DNA of 64,000 nt from Raillietiella orientalis (taxonomy: Eukaryota). How positions within the stretch are numbered: position 1 is the stretch's first letter; every line of letters begins with the position of its first letter. Shown here in pieces: positions 54,301 through 64,000 of this stretch. The notes beneath the pieces are model-generated. The model searched no databases. It saw nothing but the letters and a program-made list of their open reading frames with translations, and was not told the DNA's origin. Made by a program: the position numbers and the translations under genes. The DNA is taken from contig JAYWIR010000005.1 in NCBI GenBank assembly GCA_036172245.1, forward strand, positions 6,076,001 through 6,140,000. The letters run 5' to 3'.

Positions 54301-57300
54301 CAGGCAACATGCATGTCTCCCATCGAGTCCGTTTTTCATTCTGGCTCGCAGGCTGTGTGCAGCTCGAGCTGCTGTGCACTTGCCAGATGCTCATCACACC
54401 CGCGACGCAATGGCGTCGCGGTGTGACACCAGTGGAGCCACCAAGCCCCCCGGACTTCGATTCGCAGGCACCACGAGGACGAGATGTTCCCATATTCCTC
54501 CCGATCTGCTGCGTCCTGCACTGACTGATCTTTGGAAGGTCGTCGCGGAAGGTGGAGGGCGAGGCTGACTGGACTTGCCAGATCGATGAATCTCGAGGGT
54601 TTCCGCCTCTTGGATGAAGAGGCCGTCCGAAACGCGGATGCTGCGAGGGAGTTGGGCGTGAAGACTGGGGCGGCTGCGGCAAGCGGACCGACATGGTGGC
54701 GCAGCGAGGGTACCGTGAGCAGCAGCCAAAGAGGCTAGAGTGGTTCCGGAGCACACGTTCTGCAGAATCATGGACCAGGGAGGACCAACATCTCAAGTCG
54801 ACATTTCGCCCTCGGCAGCCACGCAGTATGTCGGCCGACTCCCGCCAGTAAGTCTTGCCTGTGAGCGACCTCTTTCGGACGACGTTTGCCTCGGAGGGAA
54901 GCGCGCCGGAGGCATCGCGGGATCCCCGTCAAGCATCGGTGGGGAAGAGCACTAGAGGAGGGGACACCGCCGCGCTTTACGTCCCCCCTCTGCTTCTAAG
55001 GACGACGAAGAGGAGGCGAGCAGGGAGGGGAAGAAGAAGAAGCCCGTTCCAGACAAGGAGGCTATAGCCGGACCCGGCGGAAGACATCTACGATGACCGC
55101 GTGCGTTCGGGAAAGCTGCAAGAACGAAGGTCCGCGCGCGGGAGATGTGGGACGCGCCGTCCCTGGGCTGCGCTCCAGAGCGAGATCGATCCTAGAGAAC
55201 GGGGGAAGAGACTCTCTCCTTTCAAATGCTGTGGGTAGCAGCGACGTTCTCACGGAAGAGCTGGTCGGCCTTGGCCACCTCAAGTTTGTGCGCGCAGAGC
55301 GCCTGCCGGACCACGTGGCCAGACACTCCAGGAGGAACGCCGGTCCTTCCGGATGGTCCCCGTTGGCTGGTTCTTGAAACACGCGCTTTCCGCGCACACT
55401 TTTTTTTGTACTGGAACGCTCTTTCCTTGTTCGGTCCTTACCCAGATCTACGGTTCCTGCTTATCTCCCTTTCCCCCTCCTTTTTTTTTTTTTTGCATCA
55501 AAATTCCAGGACATGACCGGAAGCGCCGCGTAGACGAACTGTCGACTCACTAGCCTCCTTCATCCACTCCGTGTCCGGATCTGGAGCTCCCTGCGATTGC
55601 TCATCAGCCGCGGTTGGCGCGAATGCATCGTCTGCAGCAAATCTGACCAAGGCGAGCACCGAGGGATACGAGAGCCTTTTTCGAGGGGGCTGCAGGCCGA
55701 GGTCAGCCGTAAGGGAACGGCGATAGGCGCGCGCTGAACCGCCGGCGTCCTGGCGAAGACCTCGACAAGCGAAGCTGTCAGTGAAAAAAAGGAAGGGTGC
55801 GGGGGAGGAAGGAGACACCCTAACTCTTCCAGGAGGCTTTTCGAGTTTCGGACGATCTTCCCGGCAGCGCTTTCGCCCTTCCCCGTGACCTGCCCGACGC
55901 CCTCGACTGACCGGAATTTCCGGACGCCTCGACTTCCCTTCCCTCCCTTCCGTGCTCTGTTCGAGGCGCCCCCCGCCCAGCGGTCTGCGCGGCAGCCACG
56001 GCCGCACTCGCGGAACCGAAGGATCAGGGAGCTGCGCAGAATCCCGGGGCCTCGAGGCAGAAAAATCTGCAGGCAGCGAACCGTCGCAGCGCTTGAGGAT
56101 GCTGCAGCGACGCGCGCTCACGCGACGGCTCTTCCGATGAATGCGTGGAAGAGTGGATGTTTCTCCAGGACCGGCGGTGGTGGTGCGGGCGGCAGGCAAA
56201 GACGCCATCCAACGACGGAAACAAAAAGGCATGAGGCAAAGGGCGGACTTTGGCAACCCTGAAGGAGGATCGCCCGGACGACTGTATGACGGTTCCATTG
56301 GAGGCAAGAGCGCCGGAGACGTCGAGGGATCCCTGTCTCGCGTCGGCGGGAAAAGCACGGGAGGAGGGGACGCCTCTGCAACCCTCGTTGGGATGGGATG
56401 GAAGGCGCGCTGGGCGGGAGGGAAAAATCCAACCCCAGCCGGGTTGTGCGAGGAGTGAGGGTCTTCCTGCTCGAGCGTGAGTCTCGACGCCCGAAGGCGA
56501 AGCCTTCAGTGCTCCGGGTTTCCCGCGACGTCGAGCCACGGCGGCACGCCTCTTCAGGCGTTCCCGGGCACGGCGCCAGGATCGCCTCGGCCTCCAGGCA
56601 ACGTCTTTCACCGTTCCCTGTAGCCTGCCGCGACTCCCCTCTCTGCTGTGTTCCGCCCCAGGCCCCCCAAGGTCCTTCCCTTCTTCCCGGAACTGCCTAC
56701 CTCCGGACACCCGCGCCACGTTCTTCCTCGAAGCTGCAAACTCATCCGTTGGGAAAAATAGGGAGGAGGAGGAGGAAGGGAGAGACGCGCTCCAGATTGC
56801 TGCAGGGTTGTCGCGGTTCGGGAGGAAGGAATTCTGCCATCTCGTTTCCGGCGCCTCCGCGCATCGACCTCTGGCAGATTACGCCCAGGAGGGATCTTCA
56901 GTGCCACTAAATCCGCCCGGCTGGGAGGGAGTCAACCCGGCGGAAGAGTCTGGAAACACGGGGAAGAGGAGCGGGGGGAGGAGAGGAGGCGCTCCTTCTT
57001 GGCCGCAGCTCGCCGAGAAAACTCGGGGTGCCCGCTTTCGGCGCAGCCGCGGGTCGTTCGGAAGGTGACCATCGACGCCCGCGCCCCAGCCTCCCTGGAT
57101 CAATCGCAAGGCGTCCCGTTCCATCCAGCTCCCCCTGATTTGTTTCGTGGGTGCGTCCGCATCTTTTTCTCTCCCTCCCTCCCCCTAGCTCCCCCCTTCC
57201 TCGTTCTCGCACGGACGGTCAATTTACGCACGCGTTGCCGAACGGAGGCAGCTCGGGATGGGCGTCGGGACCTGCCCGGGGGGAAGAGCCGGCATGGACG

Positions 57301-60300
57301 CGCTCGGCGGCGGATCCCTTGCGGAGCCTTTGCGCAGTCGCCACTTTGGGGGTGGGGGGTGGGGTGGGGGAGGACTCACAGGCAGCATGGCGCAGGCCGG
57401 CCGCCTCAGGAATGCAACCCGGTTGAAGGGCCGAGATTTATGGGTTCGTTTCGCGTTCCGGAGGTGTTGCGCTTGTCGCCAAATAAAGGGCTCATCTGAA
57501 TGTTTCCAGGAGACGATGTTTACTGTCTCTCTCTTCATCCCCCCTTCCCTTTCTCTCTCTGCGCATGCGCGTGTGCGCTTTTTTTTGTTTGGCTGTTTTC
57601 GAAAGTGTTGTGTGCTCCTCTCCAGACGACACCAATGCGGCGACACCCTTCGGCCGAGCTGCGATTCCAAAAGCAAAGAGAGCAAAAAGGAAAGAAACGC
57701 GCCAAGGGATGCAGAGAGGGCGAAATGCGAGCGCGACCGCGTTGCGAAAGTCGGCTCGCCGTGAAACAGCAGCGGCGAGCAGCCCGGAAAGCGCCAAACT
57801 TGGAGAACTTGGCGTTCCCATGCTGAGTGACGGAAAGCCGCAGCTTCCGCCACGGGAAGGAAGGGGGGGGGGGGGGGGGGGAACGCTGCTTCCGTGCCCG
57901 GGCGCCACTTCCGGCGGAGGCGGCATCATTCTCGAGGCCTCCGCGCTCCCGGAAGTGCAAGCGGTCGAAGCGCTTTCGAGCAGCCCGACGCAACAATGCT
58001 CTTTCGCAGCGCGGCTTCCTCAACAATGACTCCATTGTTGAGGCGCGCGCGCTTCCTCGCCGGGAAGCCGCGCTTCGCCAGGGGTCTGTCGACGGCGCTG
58101 TCGAAAAAGCGCTTTCCCGCAGGGCCTGACCACTTTTGCGACCGTCACGGTGTGCTGCTTGAACTGGATCGGAAGCGAGCCCGCAGGCCCCGGGACCGGG
58201 AGATGCCGATGACGTGCGCTGCGCAGTCGTCATCCCTGGGGTGCATAGAAAAGGCCTTCACGCATGACCCTTGCTCGGCTCCAGCGCTCCCAGCCGACCC
58301 GCTGTGCAGCAGAGGACTCGCAGGCTGCAGGGATGGACTGCGATCCTCCCCTTTCGATCCCACTCACGACGTGAAGCTGCTCTCAACCTCGCGCGGTTTG
58401 CCTGCGACGGTACAGGAAGAGCACGTTCCGCGCGCACCCTGGCACGCGTGCGCTGCGATGCGGGCGGCGAGGCCCGAGGAAGCAGCGGCGGACGCTTGGA
58501 CCAGCCGGATGATACGGCGCGGTCCACGCAGGGAGAAGTTTCCCGATCTCCCTCGCGCGCAAGGTGAATGAGGACGGAACGGGGTGAATCTCGACTCCTG
58601 AACGGTGGCGCGTAATCGTCGAGGGCGCTGCCGGCTACCGTCGTCCCGCATCGGCTGCGACACGTGCGCAAGCGACCGAAACGCCTGAGAGAAGCGCAAG
58701 CCCCCCGGGGTGCCCCACTGGGGACGCAGAACGGGGGTGGGCCGATGCGTTCGCTCGCCCAGGCAGTGCGTTTCGCGAGGAGCCACGACTCTGCAGCGGG
58801 CAACTCGCACTTCATCCACTCGAGCGGGCCCCCTCGTGCCACGTGACCCGCTGGCACGCGGATAGTCACGCTGGGCGGCGAAAGATAAAAATCGAAAGTC
58901 GTTCTTCACGGCTTTCCATTCGGGAGCACCTATAGTGCAGACAGGCGCGGCTTGCGCAGATGCCGATAACTGTCAACAGTCGACGGATGGTCCTCAGTGG
59001 GCCGAGAAGTGAGCGGCAGCAGCAGCCGCACCTCGCCTTTTGGCAAAAATGAAAGAAAAAAGGAGAAGGGAGGAGGGGGAGTGAGAGACCGCCGTATCTG
59101 GTTCATCCAGTTGGTGCGTACCGCCTGGTTGGTCGTGTGTGACTCGAAGGGTGCAGGGAAAATGAATGTCTCGGAGGTCCGGTGCAAGTGACTCCGAACG
59201 CGCAAATATGGAAGACATCGGATGCAAATGCCTCCAGATTTTCCGTCCGCTCCCCTTGGCAGCCACGCACGTGCCAAAGCGGCACGAGCGTGGCTGTGCC
59301 AAACCGGCAAATGACGTCAGAGGCTGCTGCGTGCCTGCAACGCCTGGAAGCATCCGTGCGCAGAATCAGCGAAGATGCTGATCGAGAGTGCAGCGATCCG
59401 GGAGCGGACGCACTCGGGAGATGGCGTGGATCTCCACGGTGGATCCGCAGACGGGTCTGTTTGTGCCACCGCGAAACCACTTGGCATGCAGAATGCAATG
59501 ATGATGATAAGACGGCAGGCGTAAATCCATAGGTGCAGCCCCTGGAGCGCAAAAGGGAAGGTCACAAGGTCACGACCGCGGCGAAAGACATCCCAGGCGA
59601 AGGGGGAAAAACGGTGTTGGTGGTTCGGTTTCGGGAGGGAGGAATCCCGGCGGCGCTCCCGCGGCCCCGTCGCGACCAAGCGAAAAGGGACCCTCCCCGG
59701 TCATCCGCCGGTCCGGGCACGAACGTCGATTTGGGCGCATCGCCCGCCACCACGCTGGGAACGGCAGGGAGCGGGGCGCTTGCAGACGAAGGGCGGCCCG
59801 GAGCGAGCAGGAGAAGAGGGACGCGGTGGTGGCGGTTCGGGGAAAGCTATTAGGAGTACGGGAAGGGGGTAGGGTCGAGGAAGGCTCCTCCCGCGGTGAC
59901 AAATAGGAGTGACCAGGTAGGCGAAAGGGGAAACGAGCGCTGCCCGCCGGAGTTGGGCGAAGACACCCGCCGCACGCCACTGCTGGACCAAAACGGCGGC
60001 TCTCCGGCGGAAAGTCGAGGATCCGGTGGCCCGGCAACACGTCTCCTTCCTGCGCTCCGGAACTCGCGGTCCGCAGCGGGGTGAGCGGAAGAGGCGGCAG
60101 CAACGGAAGTTCCCATTCACAGGACCGCCGTCGCGCGGATCTTCCCCGCACAGACGACTGGGGAAGATCGACGTCGTCCGGAAGCCTCGATGCAAAACCT
60201 CCTCGACGCTGAATGATGAGGGAGGAGGAGACTGCTGCGGTCTTCAACAGGTGGAAGCCCAGCTGCCCGGTGAGGGGGGGAGGGCGTGACAACGGCGAAC

Positions 60301-62519
60301 GCAAGGGGAAGCACCCACCCCCTCGCGGGAGGCCGCAACCTCCCTCCCACTTACCTGACGTCACACCGAAAGCGGCCGCTCTCTTCCGCCAGCAGCCACT
60401 CTTTGAAGCACGGGTGGAAGAACATGTAAGTCTCATCACGGCGGCGGACCACGAAGCTGGACAGCACCTTTTGGAGGAGGGCGGGTGGAAGATGAGGTTG
60501 GAGGTCGGGGGGGCGAGGTTAGGCATCACCTTCATTCGCAGGCAGAACTCGTCATAGGTGAAACCGGGAACAACTCCGGCGCTTAGGGTGGCGTAGAAGA
60601 TCTCTTCGGCAGTGGGGGGATCCGCAGCGGCCAGGCAGACGTCCAGCAACGGACGCACCTTGTCGTAGGCGGCCATCGTAGGGAACCTTATGTTGAAGCT
60701 GAGGATGAAGACCTCGGCCAGGGTGGTGGGCAGCACGCGGAAGCTGGTGGACTTGACTACGACATGGCCGCGCTCCACCAGGTCCAGACACATCTTGGAG
60801 TAGAGGAAGTTGCCTCGGGACAGCCGCGACAGGTGCTCGACAAACGCTCCCTTCTTGCAGACAGGGAACGTCACGTTGCTGGAGATGGACGGGCTGTGGG
60901 TCACGCGCAGGGTCACGTAGTCGCGAACGTCCGCGACCACCGCTTCCTGGGACACGTCGTCGAGACTGCAAGAGCTAGATGGAATATAGAGACAGAGGGA
61001 CGGCGGCAGGAGATCAGGCAGCAGCAGCAGCCACGTCCCGGACAACCGGAAAAAGCAGCAAGAGAATGAGGAAGAAGAAGCAAACGAGAGTGAAGATCCG
61101 AGGAGAAGAAGAGGGACCAGTGGAAGGATGGCGAGAAAAAAAGAGGATGAAGATGGCGACGAAGAGAAGACAGTTCGAAGGCGGAGAAAAAGAGGGAGGG
61201 AGAAAGGCCACCCACCGCAAGCGGCGCAGAAGGCCGCGTTCCTCGACGGGCGGACGGCACGTAGCGACGACCTTGAACCAAACGGGGAAGTGGCACAGGT
61301 TCCGGAGGAGGAATGAGGATATGGTGCTCCCGTGGTTGGCGGCATGCTGCTCGGCCTCGTGCAGAGAATCCACCACGACGAAGCAGGGCGTGGCGGCGCG
61401 GAGGCTGCGCAAAGGGGCGAGGATGCCCTCGACTAGGGCCCGGTCGGGGTCGGAGATGCACTCGTTCATGGATAGCAGCGCCTGCAGCTGTGACTGGGTG
61501 GCCAGCAGGTCGTAGAAGGAGCGCAACTGCGGCGCCTGGCACAGCTGGGCGGCCAGGGAGTGGACGAACTCGGGCACCTGGCAGGTGGCGCTGCTGCCAG
61601 CCTGGCAGAAGTGGTAGGCGACCAGCTTGGAGCTCAGAGAAGCGAGTAGGTGGTTGCGGCAGCCGAACCCGCTTTCTGAAAGGGAGAAAGTGGAGGGGTC
61701 GAGGAGGGGGAAGCTGGAAGCGCAAGGGCGGAGAGGGGAGCGTACTTGCCTGATTCGTCGCGTCTCCTGCCGAAGCAGCTGCGTTCAACGAGCTGCAGGA
61801 TGCAAGCAGTCTTCCCCGAGCCGGCCTCCCCAACAATCAGCAGCCCGGGGCAGTCGCTACCGGACGCCAGGACGCCCGCGATCTCCTGGAAGATCCAGTG
61901 GCGCCCGACGAAGAGGGGTTCCTCTTCTCCGGAAGGCACCTCGAAGAACAGCGGCTTGAAGTGGAAGGCAGCAAAGGCAGAAGACAGCCGGGAGGCTGAG
62001 GCGGCGCTGAACTTCAGGTGACATCCCCCGACGCCTCCTCCGGGGGAAGGAAACTTGCAGGAAGTCGTCCCTCCTCCTCCTGGCCTGGAGCGCAGATGAG
62101 GGGCCTCGGTCTCGCTGCCGCTGCGGCTCTCTGGGCACGCAACGGAAGGAATCTTCCGCGCTCTTCACCTCCCCCCAACAACACACCCCGTCCCGCGCGC
62201 GCGCCCTCACCGATGGCGGACCTCCTGAACAACGCGTTGTCGATGTACGATGCGCTGCTGGACAGGGACGCCAGGGAGACCGTGCTGCCGGAAGATCTGC
62301 TCCTCGGGTGGCTGGCGGGCTGGTTCGTGGAGCCGCAGGATCCTTCGAAAGAGGGCCAGAAGGGAAGCAAAGGAAAGAGAAGGGGAGGAGGGATAAGCTT
62401 CAGACGAACGGGAAGGGGGAGCAGCTCACCCGTGAGGCTGGATACGCAGCTGGCCATGGGGGGAGTCCCCACAGCTTTCTGCATGCTGGTGTGGAGCGCC
62501 TGCTCCGAGGCTTGGAATT
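51303..62519 (-). CDS. rols: TANC1/TANC2-like (rolling pebbles) protein: P-loop NTPase domain, ankyrin repeats and TPR; 5' end not resolved
   Basis: Exons 62519-62430, 62342-62211, tentative 62152-62055, about 62011-61750, 61675-61216, 60965(or 60974)-60530, 60467-60355, 53469-53244, 53194-52793, 52693-52378, 52236-52055, 51999-51830, 51759-51561, 51485-51303. Diagnostic motifs FKPLFFEVP...LFVGRHW, Walker A GEAGSGKT, VAYHFCQA...VPEFVHSLAAQLCQAPQL, RRRDETYMFFHP.FKEWL, ankyrin repeats, FLRKGARLG..TW, and TPR-like A.RFQYALKK...LSRCKR. The 3' end is uncertain because a possible donor sits near 51380. Confidence 0.92.
54296..54308. promoter_or_regulatory. RFX X-box motif inside the large rols intron
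   Basis: GTTGCCAGGCAAC; a second near-match GTTTCTCTGGCAAC lies at 53951-53964. Confidence 0.4.
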
Positions 62520-62716
62520 CTGGAAGAGAGGGTGAAATAGGCAGGAGGAGAGCACGGGAAGCCTTCCCGCTTTCCCCACCCTCCTTGGAGGAGTCCCTGA
62601 AAAGCCTCGAGGGCACGCCGACCCGTTGCAGGTCCCTCCGTCGAGGTAGCGCCCTCCGGGGAAACGCAGGAAGAAAAGGAAGAGACGAAGGGCAGGTGGT
62701 CCAATTCATCCTGCCA

Positions 62717-62765
62717 TCAGTCGCTGGACAGCGTTCGCGTCCTGCGAACGCTGTCCAGTGATTGG
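62717..62765 (+). repeat. Inverted repeat, 15-bp perfect stem (22 bp with three G:U pairs on the + strand) with 5-nt loop
   Basis: tcagtcg-ctggacagcgttcgc-gtcct-gcgaacgctgtccag-tgattgg. Confidence 0.9.
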
Positions 62766-63585
62766 ACGGGAGGCAAGAACCTGCGCCTAGAAGATGACCC
62801 TGAGGGAGCACCTCTGCGACCGTCCCCCGGGACGTCCAAACGCCGGACCGCAGGACAGCGGTGCCGCTGACTCGTGCCGTACCTGCGGCGTAGCAGCGAC
62901 GGGTCAGGTCGCCCCCCTTTCTCCACCCGGCCATCTTCTCCGGACCACGGAGGGAGGAGGCCCTCTCCCTGCTCCTGAAGGGGAAGTCGCCGCCCGCACC
63001 GCGCAACAGTGGAGCCAGAACACGTAGAATGACCGCGGCACGCTTTGTTGCCTTTTGTCCGCAGGGATACCCGCGCCTCTGCCCTTCCAGAGTCCTCCTT
63101 CTCGGACTAGCTGGACATCAGACAGTATCCGCTTTCCATTCAAGAACTGGTGCCCTGCTCCGCACAGGAAGGATCCAGAAAATTGCCTGCAGAAAGCGGA
63201 GTCCTGGGTGGAAAAAAGGCGGTCCCATCCTCCCGTCCCGACGGCCCTGGGGAAAGGGGCGTGGTGCTGCCGTCCCCTCACCTTCGTCCGGTGGCGCCCG
63301 GAGGCGTCCTCTCACCGCTAACTCGGCGTCGCGATTGTTTCCTGAAGGGGGTAGGGGGAACGCGTTTAGACGGCAAAGGGTGGGGAGGGGCATCCGGGAA
63401 AGGACCCGAAAAGAGGACTATAGATCGAAGGGAATGGTGGCAGCGGGACGAGTCCCGAGGCGATGCTGGAGCGGGAGGGAGATCTTCCCGCCCGAAATCC
63501 CACCGGGATCCAGTCCCCTCATCCACCCCTTCTGCCCCTTTCTTTCTCTCATCTCTTCCCCCTTCTGATCATCCGCCCGTCTCAC

Positions 63586-63986
63586 CTGCGTGACCGGGAT
63601 CGCCGTGACTGACCTCTACGATGGACGACATGCGGGCGCCTCTCTGCTTCTGGACTACGGTCGCGAGCTCTGGAAAGGAAGAGAGGAGGGGCGAGGTGGA
63701 CGCTAGCCCGCGGGCACGCAGGGGAGGGAGACCACCTGCGGCGGCGGAGGATTGCTCCCCCCCGCCTCCCGGCAGCGCGCCGCTCGCCTGGACTCCCTCA
63801 CGGAGGAGGATCCTGGCGAGGAGGGCGTCACCCTCCCCCTCCTCCCGGTCGGGATCGGGTGTGCGGAAGGCCGGACCCCCGAAGAAGGAGGGTGCGCAAA
63901 AGAAAAGTGCGAAGGAAGGGGCGCCACTCACCGCAGGTGGAGCTGCTGCACGGCTTCTTCCAGGAGGTCGACGAAGCGCCCCGGAA
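63586..63986 (-). CDS. Two candidate upstream exons (63986-63932 and 63669-63586), probably of the rols/TANC gene
   Basis: Both segments have polypyrimidine-AG acceptors and strong GTGAG donors on the rols strand and are open in more than one frame; no recognisable protein motif. Confidence 0.4.
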
Positions 63987-64000
63987 CTACGAAGAACGAG

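Noticed and set aside
60110..60270. LGFHLLKT segment resembling the rols LxHHILxA motif, as a possible duplicated exon
   Set aside because: Splicing from 60355 to the nearby acceptor gives an early stop, and the real exon is at 53469; similarity is too short.

Overview
Eukaryotic (animal, most likely arthropod) genomic DNA with spliceosomal introns. No prokaryotic features, CRISPR arrays, rRNA, tRNA or recognisable transposon proteins were seen. Four intron-containing genes can be reconstructed by hand: Med16 (minus, 16847-19532), Abi (minus, 19665-21870), ANP32/mapmodulin (plus, 34978-36235) and a TANC/rolling-pebbles gene (minus, about 51303-62519, 5' exons probably reaching the window end). 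A frameshifted SPARC exon sits at about 22985-23172. The window is a mosaic of AT-rich, CpG-poor housekeeping gene bodies with mostly 42-57 nt introns and GC/CpG-rich stretches whose many ORFs look spurious. Most notable observations: (1) Abi and Med16 are only 132 nt apart on the same strand, with an operon-like spacer (poly(A) signals, palindrome, U-rich tract, AG acceptor); (2) a diverged inverted duplication of about 720 bp at 44.3-45.1 kb and 47.1-47.85 kb; (3) three perfect 14-17 bp hairpins, all with 5-nt loops; (4) an excess of RFX X-box motifs; (5) two GC-AG introns; (6) a decayed tandem copy of the last Med16 exon. All homology calls come from remembered family motifs and all counts and alignments were done by eye; no search was run.
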